64,000 bases of DNA from an uncultured Anaeroplasmataceae bacterium (GCA_948619685.1 CAPGOD010000002.1:1-64000); one strand, 5' to 3'. Counted from the first letter of the stretch, positions 29,327 to 38,985 are shown. The notes: generated from the sequence alone by a model not told the origin. Numbers and translations: made by a program.

Positions 29327-30075
29327 AACGGGCGGACACCCCCGTCACAGTCACAGAGGTTGCAGTCCACGCGGCCACCAGAGCCGACACACTGAACACA
29401 GCGGCCATCTCCTCTTTTGGGTGTCTGATTAGGTGTAGCAAGCCAATACCAGCTATCAATCAACGGAATACTTTCCCCAAATTTCATAAGCAACTGGATA
29501 TTAGGAATTGCAAGAATGTCTCCTTCAACTGTACCATAATCCTTAAGTCCATCCATAGATGTTAAATCGATTGAAATAGGAACAAGCCTATCACCAAATT
29601 CTTCCTTTAATCCAGCAACCAAATCACTGTTAACAAGCTCATCGCGCACATAAGACTCTGCATAATTATTTGTTTTACCAAACTCTGATTTTTTTAGAAT
29701 CCCATTCATAAAGTAATATGTACATTCTCCGTCCTGTACACTTGTCCAATAATAGCCACAAATAAATTTTAAATTCTTCTTCCACTCTTCCATATACTTT
29801 TCAACTACATCTCTAAAATCTTGTTCATACCTTTCTGGATCTTTTTCATACCAATCAGGTACAATGTCCTGATCGACCTTATATCTCCAGTTTTTTACAT
29901 CTGTCATTTTATCACCATTTTGCGGAATCAATTCTGCTCTTACAAATGTTTTTGTTGCATTCATACGATTATCTTCAATACCAAGACTATCCAATAAATC
30001 TGAATGACTTTCATTTCCTTCTGGCGCTAAGACCACTCTGTTCTTCAAAATAACTCCACTCTTAAAATTACACAT
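29308..30075 (-). CDS. DGR target protein 1 (C-terminal variable region)
   Basis: 255 aa; VR ends 5 codons before stop; C-terminus paralogous to 58293-58943. Confidence 0.65.
   Translation of the reverse strand: MCNFKSGVILKNRVVLAPEGNESHSDLLDSLGIEDNRMNATKTFVRAELIPQNGDKMTDVKNWRYKVDQDIVPDWYEKDPERYEQDFRDVVEKYMEEWKKNLKFICGYYWTSVQDGECTYYFMNGILKKSEFGKTNNYAESYVRDELVNSDLVAGLKEEFGDRLVPISIDLTSMDGLKDYGTVEGDILAIPNIQLLMKFGESIPLIDSWYWLATPNQTPKRGDGRCVQCVGSGGRVDCNLCDCDGGVRPFFILQS
29327..29409 (-). repeat. DGR variable repeat VR1 (C-terminal codons of target 1)
   Basis: Aligned to TR with substitutions only at coding-strand A positions; encodes ...RCVQCVGSGGRVDCNLCDCDGGVRP. Confidence 0.7.
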
Positions 30076-30138
30076 CGTTCATATCTCCTTTTCATTTTGT
30101 TCTTATAATTCATATTCTCTTTTTCTGATTTGAAAGTT

Positions 30139-30300
30139 TCATTTTATATCTGGTTCTTCATCGCTTATAATTCCAATACTACGCATATAATCCTCTTCCA
30201 GCGTTAAAACCTTTTCAATGATATCCTTACTGATATCGCATCTTTCTGCAATAAAGTTGATTGCATCTTCATAATCATATACTGGAATGTTATTATCCAT
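30139..30300 (-). CDS. small acidic hypothetical ORF (53 aa)
   Basis: GGAGG RBS, MDNNIPVYDYEDAINFIAERCDISKDIIEKVL... Confidence 0.3.
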   Translation of the reverse strand: MDNNIPVYDYEDAINFIAERCDISKDIIEKVLTLEEDYMRSIGIISDEEPDIK

Positions 30301-30489
30301 ATCATATTTCCTCCAATTTTCTTTAAACTATAATTATTTTCACTTTTCAACTTGCTCATTGCAATTTATCAACAGACAAGTTACAATATATATTAATGGT
30401 ATACCACCTCGGATATGCTTTACTTAATATGATAATCACCTTTATCACAGCTTACTTCTATGTCATAGCTTAAAAGGAGGTGATAAGAC

Positions 30490-30591
30490 ATGGGCAATGT
30501 ACTTATGGTGCATGTCCGTGCTTACTGGCGGTTCCGTCTGAATAGATGGGAACACGTTCGTAAGCATCTGCGTCATTATCCTAGCCGATAA
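30490..30591 (+). CDS. small Arg-rich basic peptide (33 aa) on the opposite strand
   Basis: AAAGGAGGTGATAAGAC-ATG; MGNVLMVHVRAYWRFRLNRWEHVRKHLRHYPSR*. Confidence 0.3.
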   Translation: MGNVLMVHVRAYWRFRLNRWEHVRKHLRHYPSR

Positions 30592-30641
30592 TGAGCAGAG
30601 GTGGTTATACCAGAAATACCACTAAATTAGCAATAGTAACT

Positions 30642-30935
30642 TTATTGATTATCCATATTCTTTAAAATATCTTTCAAGGCACTGATATGTTTATAAATAT
30701 TATTTGCTATTTCTGTTTCCATATCGCCCTTAACATCAGAAAACTCATCATCCAATCTTCTTACAAGTTCTTTCATCCCAATAGATACATCATATTTTTT
30801 TAATATGATTTCATCCTTGTTTACAAAAATTTCAAGCTGATCTCCTTCTTTGATCAAAAATTGCTTTCTAATTTCTCTCGGAATAACAACTCTGCCTAAG
30901 TCATCTATTCTACGAATTATACCTGTCTCTCTCAT
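30642..30935 (-). CDS. AbrB/SpoVT-family transcriptional regulator
   Basis: N-terminal IDDLGRVVIPREIRKQF swapped-hairpin motif. Confidence 0.7.
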   Translation of the reverse strand: MRETGIIRRIDDLGRVVIPREIRKQFLIKEGDQLEIFVNKDEIILKKYDVSIGMKELVRRLDDEFSDVKGDMETEIANNIYKHISALKDILKNMDNQ

Positions 30936-30986
30936 ATTTTATTTTTTCCTTTCTTTACTAAGTTGAAATCAAATTTTCATTGCATT

Positions 30987-31181
30987 TTATAAATCTAACA
31001 CTATCTTGACATTTTGAAGAACCCATTTGTACCATGGCATTACTTTTCTTCCACCATTTTCTTTCCACTTTTCATTCAATGTATCTCTCTCATCATCAGA
31101 TAGCGAAAGTCCTAAAAATAACCCAAATTCCTTTTCCACTTCTTCCATATTTTCAAATTCTGCTCCATTAATTTGAATCAT
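30987..31181 (-). CDS. hypothetical protein
   Basis: 64-aa ORF. Confidence 0.35.
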   Translation of the reverse strand: MIQINGAEFENMEEVEKEFGLFLGLSLSDDERDTLNEKWKENGGRKVMPWYKWVLQNVKIVLDL

Positions 31182-31211
31182 TACTATATTTCTCCTTATG
31201 AATTGAATTTT

Positions 31212-31505
31212 TTATTGCCATGACTTTTTACAATTCATATAACTATCATTTATTAACATATAGCCTTTATATTTATCATGCATTTCCTTTAATTTATCAT
31301 AATCAATATCATCTTTATTTATAGAAATGCTCCATTTCCCATTAACCGCAAAATCCTGTCCTCTAAGGAAATCTCGTGAAACAACAGCTCCATCCTCATA
31401 ATAGAATTTGCCATTATAATAATGAAGTGATTGAGTTCTATCAAAATACTCATTGGTTACAAAATTACCTTCTCTTGCTGATAATAATGCCTCATTTAGA
31501 TTCAT
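31212..31505 (-). CDS. hypothetical protein
   Basis: 97-aa ORF. Confidence 0.4.
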   Translation of the reverse strand: MNLNEALLSAREGNFVTNEYFDRTQSLHYYNGKFYYEDGAVVSRDFLRGQDFAVNGKWSISINKDDIDYDKLKEMHDKYKGYMLINDSYMNCKKSWQ

Positions 31506-31690
31506 AATTTTCCTTTCTTAAAAATGGTCGTGGTGAGCCTTTCACTCCTCCAGCACTCATGCACAGTTCAGATACTTCATATGTTGAAGCCGATTACCTG
31601 CCTCGGAATACTTACCATGTGTAAGCGTTACCTATCGTAAGCATATTATTGTCTTAAATGCGTTTATCTTTCGCCAACGACTGTATTTGA

Positions 31691-32344
31691 TTATTTAATA
31701 TATTTCTTAAATCTTTCCTCTGCTTTCTGATAATCCCAATTACCATCAAAATAAGGATTCCAAGACCAATAATCAAAATGTTCATTCAGCCAATCTTCAT
31801 TCATGTTATGTATTACTTCTCCATCCACAGCATAATCAATGATGATATTGGTAGCGACTTTTGTTCCACATTTTCTTAAATCCTGTGCAAACGCAACATA
31901 CCAAAGAGTTTGCTCAATATCTCTATTCATGGCTTGAAGAACTCTTGCATTATCACTTTGAATAGGACAATGGAATATTTTTAACAATCCTTTATCTGCC
32001 AAACTGATTAATTCACCCCTACAAACATTTGCATTTTGAGGCTCCACATTTCTAAAAGAAATAGGCTTATTATATCTAATTGCAATATGACACCAATCCT
32101 TAATCTGTTGCACAGTCGGACTATCACTAATTACGACAACACCTTCATCAGCATGATCCAGAAATTCTTTTACCTGTAAATATGCATCAGTATGATATGT
32201 TTCTCCTCTTGTGTCACGAATTGTACAATATTTACACTTGCCATGACATCCAGCTCCTATTTTTAAAGGATACATATGCCGGAACAGATTGCCAACCGCA
32301 AACTCATCGTCACCTTCTTTTAACTCTCTATTCCAGAAGGGCAT
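31691..32344 (-). CDS. radical SAM domain protein (CxxxCxxC)
   Basis: GAGCHGKCKYCT cluster near N-terminus. Confidence 0.55.
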   Translation of the reverse strand: MPFWNRELKEGDDEFAVGNLFRHMYPLKIGAGCHGKCKYCTIRDTRGETYHTDAYLQVKEFLDHADEGVVVISDSPTVQQIKDWCHIAIRYNKPISFRNVEPQNANVCRGELISLADKGLLKIFHCPIQSDNARVLQAMNRDIEQTLWYVAFAQDLRKCGTKVATNIIIDYAVDGEVIHNMNEDWLNEHFDYWSWNPYFDGNWDYQKAEERFKKYIK

Positions 32345-32778
32345 TTTATAATCAATAAACCCTGTACATACTTCAAATCCACATATTCTTTTCTAACAAC
32401 ATCAAGTCGCCTAAGATAATCTGGCAACTCATTATCAAATCTCTGTGCAAGGCATCCTCCCATATAAATCGGAGTATTTGGATGTTGCTCATGAAGTTCT
32501 TCTGCCGTTTTCAAATCATTATAAATCGCAAGATCTGTCACCTGACAACCAAGAACAACAATTGTGTCCGTTGGATTAAGTACATCATTTGAATTTTCTT
32601 CTACAAAATATGGCGTTACACACTTGCCATCTTTGCCTTTAGCAACTTCCGCATTTGCAAAGCTCAGAAAATCAGACCACACACTCATACAAGCAGTGCA
32701 TACGCAATAAATATTTTTTCCTAAATCACTTTCCTCGTACAAAACTCCTGCTCCAAATCTATTTGTAATTTCTTTCAT
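32320..32778 (-). CDS. Cys-containing domain resembling methylthiotransferase (MiaB/RimO) N-terminal domain; overlaps or is frameshifted from the radical-SAM ORF
   Basis: IYCVCTACMS, LGCQVTD, GGCLAQR three-Cys pattern; 25-nt overlap with downstream ORF in +1 frame. Confidence 0.35.
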   Translation of the reverse strand: MKEITNRFGAGVLYEESDLGKNIYCVCTACMSVWSDFLSFANAEVAKGKDGKCVTPYFVEENSNDVLNPTDTIVVLGCQVTDLAIYNDLKTAEELHEQHPNTPIYMGGCLAQRFDNELPDYLRRLDVVRKEYVDLKYVQGLLIIKCPSGIES

Positions 32779-32814
32779 TTTCTTATCCTTTCTCTACTTA
32801 AAATGTTAGTTTCA

Positions 32815-33237
32815 TTACCATTTAATGCCAATCATTTTATAAAAATACATAGCTGCCTTCCCATTTCCACCTTCATGGTTATAACCAATACAACCAATCA
32901 ATGCTGAATCCAATGATGAATAAGAAATATTAATGTCTTTATAATTGATATATCCATGATAATGAACTTTCCTATCGTCTTTAATTGCTTCCACAATTTG
33001 ATATTCTCCGACACAATGAATTTTAATAACTTCTCCCCAATGATACTCTCTTCTTATCAAATCAAGTTTTTCATCATGCGTTGCTTCTCTAACATCATTT
33101 TCAGTTATTGCTTTAAGTCTTGAAGTAGAATATATTCCATAATTACAAGGCAAAAATCTCATAACCTCTTCATTATCATAATCTGTTAAAACGGTTCCAA
33201 CTTCATCTTTATATATAACAATATCTCCACTTTTCAT
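32815..33237 (-). CDS. hypothetical protein
   Basis: 140-aa ORF. Confidence 0.4.
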   Translation of the reverse strand: MKSGDIVIYKDEVGTVLTDYDNEEVMRFLPCNYGIYSTSRLKAITENDVREATHDEKLDLIRREYHWGEVIKIHCVGEYQIVEAIKDDRKVHYHGYINYKDINISYSSLDSALIGCIGYNHEGGNGKAAMYFYKMIGIKW

Positions 33238-34112
33238 TATACCTCTCCCGCATTCACAAACCGCTCAATATATTCCCTGCTCTCTCCCTTGAAAATCGGA
33301 ATGTTTTTATCTATAACACAATGACTTCTAATGGGACACAAATCTATAGACTTTTGTGTTTTGTCAAGATAATTCTCCTTAAACGCACAACTCCCACGTT
33401 TCTGATATGTAGGAAAGTCATTCCAGTTAATTCCCTTCTGAGTCACAAGCATATCCTGAATATCATTGCAGGATTTATTCTGCAATTCCTTATGGCTGAA
33501 ATTTGCTTGTCCTACCATCTGAATACTGTTTTTGGAAGCGTCTAATTGTCGCCAATAGAAGTAATTAGTTACTTCTTCTCTTGGAATATTGAAAACTCTA
33601 GCATCAAACATAGCACCCATCTTTAATGCTTTAGAATATGTATTTTCCAATTCTAAAAATGAATCATCAACTTCGTCATAAGTGCAACCTAGATTCCAAT
33701 CTGGTAAATTTTCTTCTCCCCATTCGTCAAAATTATCTGCAAAATATTTATTAAAAGCTAATGTTGTCATACTTGCAGAAATACTGCACATTTTCTGAAT
33801 TTCATAATCAAACCATGCAGAAGTTTCAAATCTCTGGTAATCAATCAGCAACAAGGAAATCTCGTCTGAATGAGTATAGGCTAATGAGCAGCCTTGTATA
33901 TTCTCACATAAATACTTTGCTGTTTCCTGCATAGTTTTTATAAGAACATCGTCAAACGGCCGTTGGAAACCTCTGGTAAAGGTATGGAATGCCTTACCGT
34001 CAATCCTAATCACAACTGGCGTTCTTCTCATAAGTCTTGTTTTAGGAATCTCCTCATAAAATGTTTTCATACGATTCCCTAAATCATCTCTTTTCATCTT
34101 TTTATCGCTCAT
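33237..34112 (-). CDS. Thg1-like protein (tRNA-His guanylyltransferase-like 3'-5' polymerase)
   Basis: TPVVIRIDGKAFHTFTRGF...AYTHSDEISLLL matches the Thg1 N-terminal palm signature. Confidence 0.6.
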   Translation of the reverse strand: MSDKKMKRDDLGNRMKTFYEEIPKTRLMRRTPVVIRIDGKAFHTFTRGFQRPFDDVLIKTMQETAKYLCENIQGCSLAYTHSDEISLLLIDYQRFETSAWFDYEIQKMCSISASMTTLAFNKYFADNFDEWGEENLPDWNLGCTYDEVDDSFLELENTYSKALKMGAMFDARVFNIPREEVTNYFYWRQLDASKNSIQMVGQANFSHKELQNKSCNDIQDMLVTQKGINWNDFPTYQKRGSCAFKENYLDKTQKSIDLCPIRSHCVIDKNIPIFKGESREYIERFVNAGEV

Positions 34113-34114
34113 AA

Positions 34115-34372
34115 CTAATTCACCTCAATTCCATGTAATTTTTCAAATTCAATCAAATCATCAATCGCATCATTAAACTCTTTGTCTGACTGTTCATTTT
34201 TACAACTACTAACGATTGCGCTCTTATACCTTACTTTATCCTTTAACTGTTCCCATTCCTGCTTTTCTGCAATAGTCAGTCCAAGATGTGCAGCTTCACA
34301 TATCATAATTTCTTCTCTATTCTTTGACTGTTTACCACACTTTTCACACTCATAAATAATATGCTGTTTCAT
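34115..34372 (-). CDS. zinc-ribbon protein
   Basis: CEKCGK...CEAAH. Confidence 0.4.
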   Translation of the reverse strand: MKQHIIYECEKCGKQSKNREEIMICEAAHLGLTIAEKQEWEQLKDKVRYKSAIVSSCKNEQSDKEFNDAIDDLIEFEKLHGIEVN

Positions 34373-34406
34373 GCATTTTCCTCCAATCTCCCAATGAAAT
34401 GCGGAT

Positions 34407-34685
34407 TTATCTAGTCAGCATATTCACAAAATCACCTAATGGTGTAAAATAAATCTCCTGCTCTGTTCCATATGTTTTTCCATATTCATATATCAATCCA
34501 TGCAATTCTTTGTACTTCTTTCTTATCGTCATCAACAAATCTTTTTGACGCTGCTCTCGTTGCTCTCTTTCAATCCTTTCCTGTTCAACAATCCTTTTTC
34601 TAGCTGTTTCATATACGCTACATTCTTTTTCAGTCTGGAACACTCTTCCATCATCACTTAAATACCTCATATAATCTCCCTCCAT
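34407..34685 (-). CDS. hypothetical protein
   Basis: 92-aa ORF. Confidence 0.4.
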   Translation of the reverse strand: MEGDYMRYLSDDGRVFQTEKECSVYETARKRIVEQERIEREQREQRQKDLLMTIRKKYKELHGLIYEYGKTYGTEQEIYFTPLGDFVNMLTR

Positions 34686-34687
34686 CT

Positions 34688-35002
34688 TTAATTGTCAACC
34701 AATTCCTTCTTCATATTATTGTTCAATTCATCTATTTTGCCACAGAGCTGCGCATCATAAGCCTTTAATGCATCAATGACAACTTTCATCATGTATCCAT
34801 CTAAATTATTCTGTTTTCCTATGATTTGATTCAATTCATTAAAATGTTTTGTCACAAACAAACATTCAATGATGTCATCTATATTATGCAATAGCCCTTT
34901 TACATTTTGGCTTCTTGTTGATAATGCAGATAACTTTCTAATTCGATTTTTTTCTTCTTCTCTTGAATTAACATAATCCTGGAAATTTATAATCGGTAAC
35001 AT
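34688..35002 (-). CDS. hypothetical protein
   Basis: 104-aa ORF. Confidence 0.4.
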   Translation of the reverse strand: MLPIINFQDYVNSREEEKNRIRKLSALSTRSQNVKGLLHNIDDIIECLFVTKHFNELNQIIGKQNNLDGYMMKVVIDALKAYDAQLCGKIDELNNNMKKELVDN

Positions 35003-35016
35003 TCTATTTATCCTTT

Positions 35017-36384
35017 CTATACACGTTTAATATATTTTTCAAAATCATTTTTCATATGTAAAAAGTTTTGTTTCTGGTCAATTATGTATACATTGTTTTT
35101 CTTCACATATTCAGAAAACCAATCGTCCAAATCTAAATCTTCCTTGTATGAGTAAATCATCATGGCCAAAAGTGATGGACGATTTTGTTTATCTAGTAAT
35201 TTAGAACCATCCCTAACTGTATCATCCAGCAGCTTATCTAATGTATCATTGTAGTCTTTTAAATCATCGCAGAATTCTTCAATATCCATATCAAGATTTT
35301 CTGCAATGAAATCTTCCACACTATCAGGATAAAGTTCTTTATCACAATTATGTAAAAATTCCTTCATCAAATCTTCAAGTAGCACCAATTTATCAATAAT
35401 AACCTGCTTATCCTTTGTGCTATTATTCTGTTTAATCTCATCAAATAAAAGACCATTTTTATTTCTGTTTTTATCTCTAAGGTTAAATTTAAATACTCTT
35501 AAAAATTCTGCAAACCTGATATCATTAATGCCTAATCTGCTAAATCTATCAAATAATGTTAAAAAGATAAAAGAATCCTTTTTGCTAAATATACTTTTAA
35601 TATCTTCGGTTATGATATTACCCAATCTGTCTATGTAAGACTCTAAAGCATCAAACTCCTCTTCACTACTATGAACATTTATATATTTGAATAGATTATT
35701 GGCTTTTCTGTTCCAACCCTCAAAATGGTTTATGCACATTATCGTTTCTACAATAATTCTTTCAATGACTCCTTTTTCTTTATCGTTATCAGAGCAAACA
35801 TTACATTCCAGAAAAAATTTACTATCCATTAATTTACGAATGCGATTGGCGTATTTATCAACATATGTAAATGCTTTCTGATTTATATTCATAGATGAAT
35901 GTTCATTATAACGCTTGATATAAGTCGCTATTTGATTTTTATCACAGTTTTCATGAATAACTGTCTCAATCTGATATCCGTTAAACTTCTTCTTCAGTTC
36001 ATCTGGAAGCTGATCATATGTTTTTCCTTTGATGTCAAAAATTGCATCTTCCCAAACGACACTTCCATTTTCATCCTTGATTTTCTTCTTGTAAGTTATA
36101 ATCGAATTCTCAACTGAAGATGAAATCTTGTAATTTCCATATCTGTACATCATAAATGATGCAGTTCTACTACCACCATCAACTATATCTAACTGACTAT
36201 TTTCTTCTTCTGCAAGAATAATGGGAGGAATATAATCATCTGTTAGAATCGTCACAATAAGTCCATTAATAATTGCTTTCCAAGCTGGCTTTCTTTGTGT
36301 ATCAGCATTATTGGAAATATCACCTTCTTTATTACTAATTAAATATGTTTCTAACGGATATGTTTGCTTTCTAGGTCTTGCCAT
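35017..36384 (-). CDS. DUF262/ParB-like nuclease-domain protein
   Basis: IVDGGSRT in the position of the DGQQR motif, preceded by the conserved helix. Confidence 0.45.
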   Translation of the reverse strand: MARPRKQTYPLETYLISNKEGDISNNADTQRKPAWKAIINGLIVTILTDDYIPPIILAEEENSQLDIVDGGSRTASFMMYRYGNYKISSSVENSIITYKKKIKDENGSVVWEDAIFDIKGKTYDQLPDELKKKFNGYQIETVIHENCDKNQIATYIKRYNEHSSMNINQKAFTYVDKYANRIRKLMDSKFFLECNVCSDNDKEKGVIERIIVETIMCINHFEGWNRKANNLFKYINVHSSEEEFDALESYIDRLGNIITEDIKSIFSKKDSFIFLTLFDRFSRLGINDIRFAEFLRVFKFNLRDKNRNKNGLLFDEIKQNNSTKDKQVIIDKLVLLEDLMKEFLHNCDKELYPDSVEDFIAENLDMDIEEFCDDLKDYNDTLDKLLDDTVRDGSKLLDKQNRPSLLAMMIYSYKEDLDLDDWFSEYVKKNNVYIIDQKQNFLHMKNDFEKYIKRV

Positions 36385-36557
36385 ATTAAATTCCTCCCTA
36401 TTATGTTAATATACTCTCGGAATCTCTAAGCCTTATTTTATGCGGCTTTCTAGAAACCGTTTTGCCGATTCCCCCGCTTTTTCTGCCGCCTGGTTTCTCA
36501 GCAGCCTGATTTTGTCTGTCTGAAATTCCGAGAGCCTATGTTATGCAAATAAACTAC

Positions 36558-37193
36558 TCAAAATAATACTGATACATTTCTATATGCGCGAATTGCTGCT
36601 ATACAATTTGCATACTGCTTGTTGTTTATATGTAATTCTTCCCTTATTTCACCAGGGACATATCCTGCAATCATAAGCCATAAAACTTTTTTCTGTAATA
36701 CGGATAATTTGTTTAGGTATAAAATCATCTTTCTACTAAGTCCATCTCCTCCTTTTTCAAATACTTCCCTTTCAATTGTTGTATCGCTGGCAATCGTATC
36801 TCCTAATGTCAAATTTTCATTATCTTTCAAAGGCGCATCTAAATATTCATCAGGAATTATCTGGAAGACTTCTACTATCTTCCCATTTACATCTTCTTCC
36901 TGAACCTTTATTTTTGTACATCTCTTATAACGTGTACTTTCTGTCATCAACGAGCAAAACTTCTTATATAAACACGAATACAGAAACCCATCAAATGATT
37001 TTGTATCATCATAATTATTTATGATACTAACAAAAACCTCATTTGCCATTGAATAGAATTCATCCCTATCGACATCATGAAAATGCAATTTAAACAAAAT
37101 TTTGTCTACTATATTATGTAATTTTTTAGCACCATCTTTGTAATAGGACTCTATTACTTCTTCCAAATAAGAAGACATTATAAGTTGTTTCAT
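36558..37193 (-). CDS. sigma-70-family sigma factor (region 4 HTH)
   Basis: LSVLQKKVLWLMIAGYVPGEIREEL region-4-like helix-turn-helix. Confidence 0.55.
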   Translation of the reverse strand: MKQLIMSSYLEEVIESYYKDGAKKLHNIVDKILFKLHFHDVDRDEFYSMANEVFVSIINNYDDTKSFDGFLYSCLYKKFCSLMTESTRYKRCTKIKVQEEDVNGKIVEVFQIIPDEYLDAPLKDNENLTLGDTIASDTTIEREVFEKGGDGLSRKMILYLNKLSVLQKKVLWLMIAGYVPGEIREELHINNKQYANCIAAIRAYRNVSVLF

Positions 37194-37213
37194 TTAATAC
37201 ACCTCTCCAACCT

Positions 37214-37405
37214 CTATAAACTATTTTTTCTTGAAGCATCATACAAATATTCCTCAAAATTAGTATAAATCCTATCTTTACACTTAGGACACTGGCAAAA
37301 TCTTTTATGGCTTATCTGACGTTTTCCACCATCTTTTCCTTTCTGTTCATATGTGGTTCCTGCTTTCATGACTACCATACAGCGTTTACACAACATTAGT
37401 TTCAT
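37214..37405 (-). CDS. small zinc-finger protein
   Basis: CKRC...CQCPKC. Confidence 0.4.
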   Translation of the reverse strand: MKLMLCKRCMVVMKAGTTYEQKGKDGGKRQISHKRFCQCPKCKDRIYTNFEEYLYDASRKNSL

Positions 37406-37985
37406 CCTCCTCTACAATTCGATATGTAAATTTTCTATTAGCTAATCCTTCTACAGCTTTATTAATTTCATTTCTGTCTATGCTTCTAAAATCCATCTTT
37501 AAAACATTTGAAATAATTATAAGTTCATCTTTTATATCTCTTCTCTTTTCCCTATTTTCCTTTATCTTATTCCGTTCAAGCCACCCCCCATATAAATCAA
37601 CCTTTCCTTCTAACTCTATCTGGTGAACCAAATTACTAAATTGCCTGTCAATGTTCGTTAATTCACGATATAATTCTTCTTTGCGCTTTTGGGCCTCTTT
37701 CAAAATATCATCACATATGCCAAACTTCTCTATCCATTCTGTTATATTAGCAGAAACCAAATAATTCTCCTTTTCTATGACTTTCTTTTCTTGCCTTACA
37801 ATAATCTCAGGAATTGCCTCTACTTTAAAACGTAACCTCTTTAAAGATTTTGGCAAACTGTCTACAATATTTTTTGCTTTTGAAAATTCGAATAATGTCT
37901 TATCATGCTCCACACAGGTTACTGGCCTTCCATTGCTATTAAGCCTTATGTAAACATTTTTATGATTCTTTATTATATATTCCAA
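37386..37985 (-). CDS. hypothetical coiled-coil protein
   Basis: 199-aa ORF. Confidence 0.4.
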   Translation of the reverse strand: MEYIIKNHKNVYIRLNSNGRPVTCVEHDKTLFEFSKAKNIVDSLPKSLKRLRFKVEAIPEIIVRQEKKVIEKENYLVSANITEWIEKFGICDDILKEAQKRKEELYRELTNIDRQFSNLVHQIELEGKVDLYGGWLERNKIKENREKRRDIKDELIIISNVLKMDFRSIDRNEINKAVEGLANRKFTYRIVEEDETNVV

Positions 37986-38103
37986 CTCAATTTCTCCCTT
38001 CCATAAATAGATACAAAAAATAAAAGTGTCTATAGCACTTCAAGTAACATGAACACAATATATTTATTCCACATTGAAACTTTACGGAAACCGCCGAAAT
38101 CGC

Positions 38104-38132
38104 TTGACTAAGAAGGTAAAACTATGTAAAAT
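38104..38132 (+). promoter_or_regulatory. sigma-70-type promoter on plus strand
   Basis: TTGACT-17 nt-TAAAAT. Confidence 0.35.
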
Positions 38133-38340
38133 ATTGATAGCGGTTTATCCGTTCTGAATTCATGCCATTGGCACGAATTTTGTTATGTATGAAGACCTGT
38201 CCAATCAGAGGTGCGGCAACACCGTTTGCATGATGTGGGTAGGTCTTTTATTACTATCTGACATTAATAAGTATAGAACACATGTTCTCATTTGTCAACA
38301 CCATTTTCAGAACATATGTTCGAATCTTCATTCCATTATT

Positions 38341-38616
38341 TTACTCTTTTAACATTACCGTCTTTTGTAGACCCCTTGCTCGTATGTTATATATATCCTG
38401 GACTTCTGTAAAAAGCCTTACTTGCTTTATAAAATCATCACAAAATGAAACCGCCGTTTTGATATCCTCAAATATCTCCGGGTACTCTTCTCTTTTCTTT
38501 AAAGCAAATGGCACATTTACACTACAATCCTCCAAGTTCTGGACTGCCACCAAAACCTTATCATGTTTATTGCACCTCTTCATAGCTTCTTCAACAGTCA
38601 TTTCTACATATATCAT
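38341..38616 (-). CDS. hypothetical protein
   Basis: 91-aa ORF directly downstream of mazF-like gene. Confidence 0.35.
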   Translation of the reverse strand: MIYVEMTVEEAMKRCNKHDKVLVAVQNLEDCSVNVPFALKKREEYPEIFEDIKTAVSFCDDFIKQVRLFTEVQDIYNIRARGLQKTVMLKE

Positions 38617-38631
38617 AATATACCTCCCTAT

Positions 38632-38985
38632 TTATTCTCCAAAACTAGCCTCATATATCCTACGAATTTCATTCTTTTCTTGTGCATCAGTTATTTTACC
38701 AAGATATCTGATAATCCTACTTTTAGAAATCTGTCTCATACATTCCGCCAAAGCAACGGAATCTCTAGCCAATCCCTTACCTGCACCTTGTCTGATAAGA
38801 GTATGCGTGGATTGACTAAGATTTTTTTGTTGCGATGTAAGAGGTATCACAATAGTTGTAGGACTATAGTGATTTCCAATATCATTTTGTATAACAACTG
38901 ATGGCCGAATTCCAGATTGCTCAGATTCAATTGCTTCTTGTCCAAAATCAACCAAAAGAATATCATACCTCTTCACTTGAAGCAT
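38632..38985 (-). CDS. MazF/PemK-family endoribonuclease toxin
   Basis: LVDFGQEAIESEQSGIRPSVVIQND... signature. Confidence 0.7.
   Translation of the reverse strand: MLQVKRYDILLVDFGQEAIESEQSGIRPSVVIQNDIGNHYSPTTIVIPLTSQQKNLSQSTHTLIRQGAGKGLARDSVALAECMRQISKSRIIRYLGKITDAQEKNEIRRIYEASFGE

Noticed and set aside
29226-29459. 77-aa minus-strand ORF overlapping the end of DGR target 1
   Set aside because: It lies in the GC-rich VR and 3' element in another frame, so it is a compositional artefact.
36385-36557. GC-richer intergenic segment with a CTCTCGGAAT...ATTCCGAGAG inverted repeat
   Set aside because: It is noted but too weakly structured to call. It is probably the sigma-factor terminator or the DUF262 leader.
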